Part shown: positions 52,964 through 64,000 of the stretch, one piece after another
Numbering within the stretch: the stretch's first letter is position 1
How the letters are laid out: every line of letters starts with the position of its first letter
NCBI GenBank assembly: GCA_973895155.1
Contig: OZ316892.1
Span: 12,278,238 to 12,342,237 of the forward strand
DNA from: Marsupella aquatica
Lineage: Eukaryota > Plantae > Marchantiophyta
Length of the DNA stretch: 64,000 bases
Reading direction: 5' to 3'
Translations under genes and position numbers: made by a program
Notes under the pieces: generated by a model
What the model saw: only the letters and a program-made list of their open reading frames with translations
Told to the model about the DNA's origin: nothing
The model's database searches: none

Positions 52964-53495
52964 CACTTTTTTGGCATGATACATACCTTACCATTGAGTT
53001 TTTTCCTATATATCATAATGCCTCACAGCCAATGGCTCTCCTTCACATCCAATGGGTCTCATGGCACCCAGTTCTGATATTGGACGGCTCCTGTCTCCGT
53101 CGAGGTGACTTTGACCACCCTCAGCAGGACAAAGACAGAGGCTGTACGCAAAGATGGGTTGGTCCTGCATAGAGGCTGGGCCTAGGATGGGGGGTGGGGC
53201 CACTCGACCCACCCGACCCACCCCTAGGTCAACTGACCCAAGGGTGGTCAAAGACACCTTGAGAAAGACTCAAGCAATTGGATGTGAAAGAGCTAACTTG
53301 AGTTAATTTTCTTAACCCATACACAATGATAGTGGCATTGTGATAAATAGAAAAATCCAGTGGCAAAGTATGTATTATGCCCCAAAAGAGTGACAATCAA
53401 GTGAATCTATGTATAGAGCTAACCTGAGTTAATTTTCTTAACCCATAAACAATAATAGTGACATTGTGATAAATATAAAATTTCAATGGCAAAGT
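52964..53495. mobile_element. Degraded foldback/MITE-like element with ~60-bp inverted arms and a duplicated right arm
   Basis: 52964-53022 (CACTTTTTTGGCATGATACATACCTTACCATTG...ATCATAATGCC) is an imperfect reverse complement of 53334-53392. Segment 53289-53369 is directly repeated at 53415-53495. No TSD resolved. Confidence 0.5.
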
Positions 53496-53816
53496 GAAAT
53501 CTTGGATTTAGTTATAAAATAAATCCAAGAAGGTGGGAGGCTGGCAACCAGTGTTTTCTTAGTGGAAAAAATTAGCCAAATTCCACCTCACCTAAAAGTC
53601 TTTGCTACTTTTGGTGAATATTTGCTAAGGTTTTTGTCTTGGATTACCCAGTTTCTCACTTTCCAGACCCACTAGCCAGAATCTGGTGGTTGTCCTTAAA
53701 TCTAGTAAGATCAAACGATCAGAAATTAACTTTGGAAATTTTGATGAGGATGTTCTTGCAGCTTCTCATTTTGCACAAGGTGACATTGCCATCCTGTCCA
53801 AAGAAATCTTAGAAAA

Positions 53817-53958
53817 TACTCTGGTTGTGACTCCTCCCTTGCCTTGAGAGGTACTTCCTGATTTAAGTGCTCTTAAGACCAAAAAAACCTTAGACATTAC
53901 TCTGGCGGTGACTCTTATCTTGCCTTGAGAGGTACTTCATGGTCTAAGCCCTCTTAAC
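53817..53958. repeat. ~81-bp-period duplication
   Basis: TACTCTGG..GTGACTC.T..CTTGCCTTGAGAGGTACTTC.TG.T.TAAG..CTCTTAA occurs twice. Confidence 0.85.
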
Positions 53959-54224
53959 ACGTGAAATTCCAGCCATCAGAATCTCCTAGATTAAAAGGGA
54001 ACCATCATGAGATCTGAAAGAATTGCACCTAGACTTACGGAGTTGTGTAGCAAATTGATGATTAAAATCAAAGGATCATTCCTTTGTACTGGTCGACAGG
54101 CAATTTCCCTCGTTACAATTTGGGGAAATCAAACAAACAATGAAATGGCCATTTGAGCCAATACTTCACAACATAAGGTCTGGAATAAAGCCTCTATACT
54201 ATCAAAGCCTCTATACTATGACCC

Positions 54225-54569
54225 TGTTGAGCATAGACGACAATCGCAACAGCAAGCCCATGAACCATCCAACGCACAAGAGTCGACACAGAGAGATATG
54301 TGGTTCACCTCCACATGAGACTACGTCCACGGGAACACACAAGAACTTTACTCCACTCTAGGTCGACTGGCCATACCAAGCATCCACAATGCAAACTCTC
54401 TCTATCTCTCAAATAGCTCCGTAACAATGAGCCTTAGTTCCACCATGGGCTGACATTAGCCCTGGCTATATACACAATAACACTACCACTAACCTTAGTT
54501 AAGTTCTAACTCAAGTTAGTCTAATTGTGGTTAACTCATGAATCACAAGACTAAGAACAATACCTAACA
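54225..54569. mobile_element. Probable solo LTR of a Ty1/copia retrotransposon (345 bp)
   Basis: Starts TGTTG and ends CTAACA. Flanks GACCC and GAACC form a 4/5-matching 5-bp TSD. The internal GATATGTGGTTCACC...ACTACGTCCACG resembles a motif I recognise from plant copia LTRs. No adjacent internal coding region. Confidence 0.65.
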
Positions 54570-55536
54570 GAACCAGGGCAGTAACCAAAATTGGGGGTGA
54601 GGGTGAGAAAAGGGGACTGGGGCAAGGTGAATCTTGGAAAATGCCAGAAAGTGTGAGGAGTGGCTTGAAACCGATGGAAAAGCAAATCATTGAAAAGGCC
54701 AAGTGCTTGAATGTTCACAAATCACAAAAACTAAAGGCTTACCGTGGGAGAGACCTTACAACATAAAGCAATTCAGAAACACTTAGAATATTTTTAAGCC
54801 AAGTGGCACTCTGTTACAGGTTGAGGGCTCGGCAATAATGTCAGTAGCAGCTTATCCCGTGTCTGTACCTATGCCCGTATAATCGTATATCCCCACACGC
54901 TTTAAGCTTGATGATTTACAGGTGGATGATTTTAATTGGTTTTCTTAAAGTAAAGTACGTATGTCTTGAGCTGTAATAATAGAGACACTTGTCTTTATGT
55001 AGGGCAGGGATCCCTTGATGCCGTAGAAGTGTCGGGAGGAAGTACCATACTATTTTTAAAGTGCGAAAATGAGCTAAATTACACCCCACTAAAAACATAC
55101 TGGTCGCTTTTGGCGAGGATGATTGGATGAGCCAATGATTTTTGTTTTTCATTCGTAAGCTTCCCACCTAGCAGCGCAAACGGTCCCCTATAGTGTAACG
55201 GTTATCCTTAATCAAGAGTGATCTAACCACCTAAATTAGTCTAACTAAAAATTTATAAAATAAAATATTTTTAGAATATTTATTTCATGTTTACACACTG
55301 AAAATTTTTGCAATGACATTTCCTCTCAATATATTATGTTGAAAACTCAACAAAAACGGCTAAAAAGTCATTGTCACTTTGATCAAAATCAAAAACCCTC
55401 TTGAGTATCCCCAAAACTTAGAAGTATTTGAATTTGTGAATGTCAAATTATTATAATTAAACTCAAATTTTGGGAAATGAGTCTATATTCTTGTCCAAGT
55501 CATTGTCACTAAATCATTTATGCAAGTACAAACCTA

Positions 55537-55990
55537 AAGGTCCCCTACGCAAAAACCCCTGCCGAGAATTACACATCAAAATGCGATAATGTAAGGTGTG
55601 CATTCATTGATTTGAAAAAAATAATGAAGTTTATCAAGGTCCCCCAAGCAAAATCCCTTGCCTATAATCACACATCAAAATGTGTTAATGTAAGTAAGTT
55701 GTGCATTCATTGTTGGCTGAATATGCCTCCAAATATTTTGTTCTGAGCATATCATTTCTGAGTATACTATTTTGTGCATATATTTTTGCAAAAAACAGTG
55801 AACAATACTAAAAAAAAAACATTTGCAACAGTTCATCTTTTGTGATAACCCTCTTTGTGACCTCTTTGGTCACAAAGAAGTTTAAAGAAAATAGTGGTAA
55901 TGGAAGTTGTGCATTCACATTTAAATGTAAGTTGTGCATTCACATTTAAATGTAAGTTGTGCGTTTACTGATTTAAAGAAAATAATGAAA
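55537..55990. repeat. Cluster of short duplications (~99-bp pair; 25-bp tandem GTTGTGCATTCACATTTAAATGTAA)
   Basis: AAGGTCCCC..GCAAAA.CCC.TGCC...ACACATCAAAATG at ~55537 and ~55636, and a 25-mer in about 2.5 copies at 55906-55965. Confidence 0.8.
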
Positions 55991-57472
55991 TTTATCATGG
56001 CATGGAAAGATACACCAACCTATATATCATACTTTGATATGCAATTACCGGTCTCCTATTCAAAAACCGGTGGCTTTCCCTTCCTAAAGGAGAGAAACCT
56101 GACACTGTGTCACAGGATATAGGTACAGTAGTACTACGGTAGTGTCATTCTTCGTTCACTGCTCCTCATTTCTCACCCCTCATCCCTGAAATGTCTGCTG
56201 CAAAAGCGCATATGACTGCATTGGATTCAGCATCGGATTTCTACTACTTCCCAGTATTCCACCCCCCTACCGTTGAGAGAGCGAGCGAGCGAGCAGCGAG
56301 GGCGACCAATCCGTTGAACGGCTGATGAGCTGAGAACGTTCATGAATTCCCGTTCAGTGCAGAGCATGAGCGAGCGACGAAGGGCGCAAATCATTACAAG
56401 TCTGTGGAGAACTGGGGATGGGCGTCCTTTTACTGTCAGAGGGAGTAGTTACGCCGACCTTGTCAGTAACCAGTAAGACCCCAGAGAGGAATCGTTTACT
56501 GGAGCTGACCAGAATCTGCAGCAGCGGGAGCTATGGATGACTGTGCCCCCCGGCAGTGGAAATGAGAGAACAGAGAACTGATGGCGGCATTGTGAGATCG
56601 GAACATATTTATTATCCCCAATCTCAGGCGAAGTGCCTGAAATAATTGCCTTATAGTCCCTACTCACCTTTTCAATCCACTCATTCCCGCTGTCGATCGG
56701 GGGCTCTCGAATTCTGCACCGATGATGCTTTTAAGAAATTAGAAGCCATCACTGGGCGACTTGAGCCGACACTCGAGAAGGATTGTGCGAGGAAGCGGAC
56801 ACTTTTATTGCTACAGTACTGTCTGTCTGCCCGGTACAAGCTGTTGTTGTCGTCGCCGCTCTATTCGCAACGTTCACCTGTGACGCGGCTGTTGAGTTGA
56901 GCATTCAGACTACAGCTCTACAACCACAACTGTGTACGCCTTCCGGGACGTGCATGTTGGAATGATTCATTCACAGACAGGTTCTGTCTCCCCCGAGTTG
57001 GTGCTCGTGATTGCTACTTGAAGCTCGTCCGGCCTCCAGACTCTGGCTCTCTGCTTCTGGGACGCTGGAGAGATCAGCAGCCTCGTGAGCCTGGCAATGC
57101 GGAGGAGGAGGTGAGGTGAATCTCAGGGGGATTAGTGGAGTGCACAACCAGCAAATGCTCGTTGCGATTGATTGGAAAAGCCCCAGTGAAGGTCAGTGTT
57201 TTCGGAAAGCCCTGGATTTTGACTGCTTCTGCTGTGGTTATGAAGGAGGAATGTTTGGAGAAGAGATCGGGGTTCGTCGTGATTCGGGAAGTGAGGTGGG
57301 GCTCTGGATCCCCGCCTTAGTAGGACTGCCTTCGCTCTGCAATAGTGGGTGGGCATATTGAGCATTCGCATCGACTCGTACTCTAGGTGAATCTAGGGGA
57401 TTGTGTGTAATCAGTGTTCGGAAGTTCTGGACTCTGCATCGAAGTCCTGCAGAGGCCATCGTCGTCGGCAGG

Positions 57473-58567
57473 GTGAGTTCGTTGAGTTCTTCACAGGGCG
57501 AAAGATCATACCTGCATCGAAGTTGTAGGAGTGAGCATTGGTCTTCCTTAGTAGTCCTTGCCTGATCACCCTGCTTGAATGCTACCGTAGTTCCGCATTG
57601 CTTTGCGCTAGACTTTTATAGATTCGTTTGGTCCTTGGGCTGATCACAGGGCTTGTATGCTACGGTAGTTGAGGAGTTGGCAATGCAGAGCGGAGCATTG
57701 CATTGCGCTTGTGATACATAGATTCGTAGTGTACTGTAGAAGAACGCCCGGGAGGAACCTTGGTTCCTTGCAAGCTGGGCATCTCCGGAGTTTGTTTACC
57801 CTGTTCTTACTCGGCTACTCACCTTTGGCGGTGGTCAGCTCCTTGACTTGTCCGGGATTGCGTCCTCAAACCCAGCTCGAGGACCGATAGTGTGAATGAT
57901 ATGGTGACCTTTGGTAAAGGCCCACCTTAATTGCGACATTGCGGTCAGATTTACGATATCACTATCCCCAACTGTGGTTATTACAGCTCGTGGATGCCAC
58001 TCAAGCGCACGCACGAGTCCATATCTAGTGGAATTCTCAAGCATTTTTTACCGGCTGCCTCGCTGATAGCCGTGCTTAATTTATCTGTGATGAGAGATGT
58101 GCCTTACGGTTAATAGTGGATCCACAGTGGTCACATTTGATGTGTGGATCCCAGGTAATCGGGGGTTATGCTCTTTGTAAGATTGTGTGTGGTCCATGGA
58201 TTTGGGCTGCTAGCTGGGGATTGCTCTGTTGCAATGCTTCTACGCCAAGTTATTCGCCGAGGGGAAAAAGCAACTTTCGAGAATGTAGTGGTTGGAGCGA
58301 ACCGCGTATGTTGAGAAATAAAGCCCTGTGTAGCGTCGTTAGTGTCACGAATGATGGTGTCGCTCTGGAGAGTCCCTTGTTCTTCACCTCTCACAGTGTT
58401 ATGAGATTGCGACCTGCCTGGGGAGAGAGATTCCCCTACCGGAGTGCGGAGTTGGTTAGATTGGTCATCAGGAAAGTCAGCGTTAGTGTCAATGCGCAGT
58501 GTTCACTATCAGTTTTACCTGGTTTGTGTATTTTAAGCACCTGATAATCATGATTTTCTGTTGGCAG
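57473..58567 (+). other. Probable 5'-UTR intron of the glucanase gene
   Basis: Strong donor G|GTGAGT at 57473 and acceptor TTTTCTGTTGGCAG ending at 58567, 124 nt before the start ATG. Confidence 0.5.
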
Positions 58568-58691
58568 GTCTGCATGTCTGGGGCTTGTGATCGCACCTTG
58601 ATGACCACGATGTCCAGCATTTGGCATCAGTTTGGAACTATCTAAAGAGAAACCACGTCATTTGCAGCCCAATCCGAGCAGAGGCCCAACG

Positions 58692-61198
58692 ATGGCCCTC
58701 ATTCCTGGCTCTCGCGGTCTCGTAGCGCTAACGGTCGTATTGGTCCTTGCCTCTCTTCAATTTCCTGGTAGGTCACTCTTCTACTTTCAGCGGTCGTTGT
58801 GTGTTCCTGGGGATTCCGTGTATTGTCAGCACCTCTCTTGTTGAGGTGCAATGTACTCACTCCTAACCCGGGAACGGATCTGCAGGAGCGAGCGCCATAG
58901 GAGTGAATTATGGAGCGGTAGCGAACAACCTTCCGAGTCCAGCCCATGTTGTGTCTCTCATTCAGTCCACTTACATTTCAAAAGTGAAGATTTATGACTC
59001 CAATCCGGAGATCATATCTGCCTTTGCGAACACCGGAATTTCTCTCGTGGTGGGAGCCAGGAACGACGAAATAGCTTCTCTGGCGTCTTCCGCAAGCTTC
59101 GCACAGCAATGGGTCTCCCAGAATGTGGCATCCCATTACCCTTCTACTAACATCATCGTTATCGTTGTCGGCAATGAGGTGCTTACCTCTGCACCAAATT
59201 TATCACACTACCTGGTACCAGCAATGCAGAACCTGTACACTGGGCTGTCGAATTTGGGGCTTAGTGGCAAGATTAAGGTGTCCACTCCCCATTCCTACGG
59301 CGTGTTGAGTACTTCTTACCCTCCTTCGGATGGGATATTCAGGTCGGATCTCGCGGGCCCAATCATCACCCCAATGTTGAACTTTCTGGCGCAAACTGGG
59401 GGCCCCTTCATGATCAACGTCTACCCTTACTTTGCCTACAGAGATAATCCGAAGATCTCAATTTCTTATGCTCTGTTTGGGACTAGTACTGCCGTTGTGG
59501 ATTCGGTGACTGGACTCTCGTACAGCAACCTTTTCGATGCTCAGGTGGATGGAGCCTATGCTGCCATGGCAAAGTTGGGCCACCAGGACATTACGGTGAC
59601 AGTCTCCGAAACTGGATGGCCGTCGTTCGGCGATGCTAACGAGGTAGGGGTGAGCATCACAAATGCTCAGACTTACATCTCAAATCTTCTTCAGCATATC
59701 AATGGCAAGGGTGGTACTCCTCACAAACCGGGTACGGCAACTGATACTTATATTTTCGCTCTCTTCAATGAGAACCAGAAACCAGGGCCAAGTTCCGAGC
59801 GCAACTTCGGATTGTTTCTACCCGACGAGTCTGTTGTTTACAATGTGGGACTTGTCACGCATAATACCAATACGAGCAGTCCGACTCCACCTCCTCCTCC
59901 TGTTGTGAGCACGACTCCCCCTCCTCCTGTTGTGAGCGTGACTCCCCCTCCTCCTCCTGTTGTGAGCATGACTCCCCCTCCTCCTCCTGTTGTGAGCATC
60001 ACTCCCCCTCCTCCTCCTGTTGTGAGCATCACTCCCCCTCCACCTCCTGTTGTGAGCATGACTCCCCCTCCACCTCCTGTTGTGAGCATGACTCCCCCTC
60101 CACCTCCTGTTGTGAGTATTACTCCCCCTCCTCCTTTTGTGAGTACGACTACCCCTCCTCCACCACCAACTCCCACTTCTACACCACCTGCCAGCCCTTC
60201 AACACCAGGAAGCCCCCCACCTCCTTTCACTACTAACATCCCTCCCCCTCCTTTTACAGCTCCTCCACCACCATACCCAGTTCCCCACATCCCACCTACA
60301 GCTGGTTCGACTCCATCTCCTCCTGTAGTCTCCACGGCTCCTCCTCCACCAGCAACATCAACTCCTCCACCAGCAACATCAACTCCTCCAGCAACATCAT
60401 CTCCTCCACCAGCATCATCATCCCCTCCGCCGCCCTCAACGTCGACTACCCCTCCTCCACCTTCGTTCTTCAATCCACCACCCGGCGCTAGCTCTCCTCC
60501 ACCTGCAAGTGGGACACCTCCTTTTTTTGCAAGCCCACCACCACCCCCTTCTGCCACTTCAACTCCTCCTCCAGCCACAATACCTCCACCGTCAGCTTCT
60601 CCCCCACCGCCTGTGACTCCGGTCACAGGGTCTCCACCACCACCAGCTCCACCAGCTCCAGCTGCTCTCTCTCCTCCACCCCCAACGCCACCGGCACCCA
60701 CCGTGCCCGCTCCTGTTACTGGAGCTCCTCTGGGTACTCCACCAGCTCCACCTGGTACCGCAAGCGGCCCCAACACTTGGTGTGTAGCGAAGCCCGGGTC
60801 TGCAATGGCTGACTTAGCCAATGCTCTCAATTACGCCTGTGGCACCGGAGGTGCTGATTGTTCTCAAATCCAGCCCGCAGGGTCCTGCTTCAATCCCAAC
60901 ACGCTCTTCTCGCATGCGTCGTATGCCTTCGACAGCTACTATGCCAAAAATGGTCGAAATTACTGGAACTGCTTCTTTGGCAATTCGTCTCTCATCAGCA
61001 TCACAAATCCAAGTAAGCCTCTTATGTTCCCATGCCACTTTCTTTGTGTTCAAAGCTCGGAATGTGGTGCACTTCACCCTGAATCAGCTGAATTTTTTGA
61101 CTTCCATTTTTTCCGAAATTGGTGACTGGGTCTGGTTACTTACAAGAAACGATCATGTTTGTCCCCCTGCAGGTTATGCTGGGTGTGCCTACCCGTAG
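58692..61198 (+). CDS. Glucan endo-1,3-beta-glucosidase (GH17) with signal peptide, ~300-aa Pro/Thr/Ser-rich linker and C-terminal X8 (CBM43) domain, ~742 aa
   Basis: Exons 58692-58767 (signal peptide MALIPGSRGLVALTVVLVLASLQFP), 58886-61012 and 61173-61198. GH17 motifs IGVNYG..ANNLPSP, VGNEV (acid/base Glu), PFMINVYPYF, VSETGWPS (nucleophile Glu) and YIFALFNENQKPG..SERNFGLF. X8 reads WCVAKP...ALNYACG..GADCS.IQP.GSCFNPN...HASYAFDSYY. The protein ends SYAGCAYP* with no GPI signal. Confidence 0.95.
59884..60150 (+). repeat. Coding tandem repeat, 30-bp unit encoding TPPPPPVVS[TVMI], ~9 copies
   Basis: ACTCCCCCTCC(T/A)CCTCCTGTTGTGAGCAT(G/C) is repeated almost perfectly at the DNA level. Confidence 0.97.
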
Positions 61199-62330
61199 AG
61201 AGCATTTGTACAAATGAGGCAGCGCGACATTTTGCATCCAGTTGTGAATTCAGTGTAGACAGGTAGAGATTCAAACGTAGTAGATTAGATTTAGATCTTG
61301 CACTAACTTAATAGAGACTCGGGAGTATTACTACCGCAGACCGTCGAGTGGAGGCTTTAGTTAGTAAATTTTGTGTCACATTGTGCAGCACGAGGCCTGT
61401 CGCAGGCAACATTTTTACATAGATCATTTCCTGAGGTTTGGTGTACTGGAAACTGTTGTGAATCTAATCTTATCAAAGTTTAGTCAACGAATCCGATCGT
61501 AGTCAATGATTTTATTGATAGTTTTCTACCCCCTCTCTCAATGAGCTCTCAACTTGAGTGTCAACATCTTGATACCCTGAATGACAAATGCTCAGTTTTA
61601 TAAAGCGCCTTAAAGAGTTCAATTTAATCGAACCTTTTAGGAGACTGTCAAGTCTAGAAGCTAGGGATGGTTTGAATGTTCCTCACATATTAGACTAAAT
61701 CAGGAGAAATGGCTTCGCTGGGTCGTGCAAACTGTGTCCAGGATGACAAATAAATTGAAGCATTCAATTGAAAGGAAAACTGCTAATCTAACTAATGCCA
61801 TGTAATGTAGCGAGTCATAAATTCGATCTTTTGTAGTTGAATAGAAGGTGTCCATAGACTTTGAGGCTGTCAAGATTGTAATTCAGACCAGAGTAGATAC
61901 AAGCAATGCAACTAGGTGTTCAGTATTTGCTCGGCACGCTTTATACAGCATGGACGTACGTATATATGACGTATCGCAGCCCTGCACATTCAGAATTGAT
62001 TTCTGGCAGTAGCTTTTCAACTTGCTCATTCAGATTACTCACAAATTCAGCGAGGTCTTTGTGTGCAGCTACGGACTCTGGTTCGCCCAGGCGGTGTATG
62101 CTTAATTCCTCGTACGATGAATACATCTGAGAAATACATTACTGGGCAAATTTTTCTTAAGCCAAACTTTGATCTGTTTTCAACTATAATTGCAACATTG
62201 AATTCTAGAAATCGTATTAAATGTTCAGCTTTGGTGGCCCGCTTCGCTTTCGCTAGCTTTACTACAACTCCAGATGTCCAGAACTTCTTTGTTCCAAAAT
62301 CGTGAGACACCTGGCTTGCAATTGAATGAT

Positions 62331-62516
62331 ATGTGCTTTCTGGCTTGCAATTGAATGATGTGCTTTCTGGCTTGCAACGGTCCTTGAATGCAATGGTCCT
62401 CCTAGCTGACCCGAAAGCTACTAATGAAGGTAGGCAAGAAGAAACTGAGAATAAACTGGGTGTACCTTGAAAGATTCATCGGTATCACTAACGAAGGTAA
62501 GCAAGAAGAAACTGGG
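62331..62516. repeat. Short tandem duplications
   Basis: CTGGCTTGCAATTGAATGAT..GTGCTTT about 2.5 copies from 62311. ACTAA.GAAGGTA.GCAAGAAGAAACTG at ~62420 and ~62487. Confidence 0.75.
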
Positions 62517-63694
62517 TAAACCTTGGAAGATTCATCGCATCATGGTTCCGTTAACTTTGAAAACAGGCAGTTCCATTCTTCAGCTTGCTTCCTCGCACCT
62601 TTATCTCTTCGTAAGGTTGAGTAAACTTGCCAAATTCCGGCCCTTTCATTCGAAAACTTGGCTGTCACAAAGTTTTATCTCTACTTTCCACGAAAGTGTC
62701 GTTGTCTTTCACGCAACTTCTGTTCACTCTTTAAGAATTTCTGAAAAGCCTTTCCCACAAAATCTTGTCATCACTGAAAACTCCCTGATCTCCGTGAAAA
62801 ATAGACCTACAGTAAATTGTCTCCACTGTAATGACTTGCACATTAGTCTGGCAAAGTCATTCGCAGGTCATATCATCAGAGAATTGCATTATGCAAACCC
62901 TTTCACAATTAATATAACTACACCAGTGCGCTGCTGCTAAATCCGATAGATACGTATCATCCAGCGGCCAAAAGTACAATGAGGTGACCTGTTCATTACA
63001 ATGTTACCCGTATACAGCTTCCGACCTCTGCATAGATGCCCTGGTTAGACGTTCGTCGCCTGGTACTTGGAGTGAGCGTTCCTCATTTCCAAAGGGGTCC
63101 TATTTTCCCAAAGAACCTCGATCTTTACTAGCAAGCGAGCAAGCAAAGTCCAGCATCATGAGTCCTCTCAGTCATCTGTCATTTAATTCTAACATCCCAG
63201 TCTCACAAGGCACTAAGTGCAGGATCACAAGGCACCATCATTGGAGTAGACGTTCACAATGATTCCAATGCACGTTCGAATGAGATAGTCGTCGGAGTAG
63301 TCCTGTCGTTGTCGGAAAATATACTTGAAAGGCAACGCTCGTTGGTGGAGAACCATGCAGAGTCCCCTTTTGAAGGCCTACATATGAACTGACATATGGC
63401 AGGTCTCCCAGTCTAGTTCGCTTTGTGGGGGCACTGACCAAACGGACGATGGTGAAGTGCAAAGTTCCTGAAAACTGAGATCTCCATCATGAAAACTGGA
63501 TCACTCCAGCACTTTGTTGCTCCCCACATTTGCTAGTCCCGACGTGAAACGAAATCCCCGACAGTCGTGAAACAAACCGGATTTTGCTATCTGACGAACG
63601 TGCCCCAAAGCAACGTCTGTGATGACTCTTCTCACATGAAGTACGTGCACGCAGTTCAACCAAAGTTCAGCACATCTGCAGGAGCCCCGTCCCT

Positions 63695-64000
63695 TCAAAT
63701 TAGGCCCCGTCTGCGCTTGTAATCGTTTACAGTAAGAGTCAAGGTGTGGCGCCGTCCATCACTGTTATCAACTTGAGCCCCCCAACTAGCTTCTAAACTT
63801 TGTTTGCGAGCCATATATGCGACATGAGCACCCTGACTAGAGGTGCCACCCATTTGCTTGAAAGGAGCCAAAGAAATATGCAAATCAAAGTCATGCAGGG
63901 CAAATAGCTTGGTCGCCCCATCGACTGGGATCACTCTGACTCCCATACTCTTCTGGGATGAAGGAGCTGCAGGTTCTACTCCAGCAACGGCATACTTTTC
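63695..64000 (-). CDS. Partial CDS: C-terminal ~101 aa of a gene continuing beyond the window, product unidentified
   Basis: Frame is open from the window edge (EKYAVAGVEPAAPSSQKSMGV...) to TGA at 63695. The tail AYMARKQSLEASWG...DGRRHTLTLTVNDYKRRRGLI looks like a conserved plant C-terminal motif, but I cannot name the family. Confidence 0.6.
   Translation of the reverse strand, partial: EKYAVAGVEPAAPSSQKSMGVRVIPVDGATKLFALHDFDLHISLAPFKQMGGTSSQGAHVAYMARKQSLEASWGAQVDNSDGRRHTLTLTVNDYKRRRGLI

Noticed and set aside
59838-60830. 330-aa Gly-rich ORF on the minus strand
   Set aside because: It is the antisense shadow of the Pro-codon-rich linker of the glucanase.

Overview
Eukaryotic land-plant nuclear DNA. 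GT-AG introns, long UTRs and the gene set suggest a bryophyte or liverwort-like genome, which is inference only. Five complete protein-coding genes were rebuilt by hand with consistent splice phases: a cwf21/CWC21 spliceosome factor (+, 2 exons), an RBM5/RBM10-type splicing factor SUA (-, 15 exons), an intronless VQ-motif protein (+), VPS51 (+, 20 exons), and a secreted GH17 beta-1,3-glucanase with a long Pro-rich linker and X8/CBM43 domain (+, 3 exons). The 3' end of a probable sixth gene enters at the right edge (-). Intergenic DNA holds a Tourist-like MITE with TAA target duplication, a probable copia solo LTR, several tRNA-headed SINE-like relics, three minisatellite arrays and many short duplications. 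No prokaryotic-type system (CRISPR etc.) is present and I cannot claim a new biological system. The best leads are the GH17-linker-X8 chimera with its repeat expansion and mitosis-type motifs, the W-box clusters around the VQ gene, the SINE-like family, and possible splicing autoregulation of the two adjacent splicing-factor genes.
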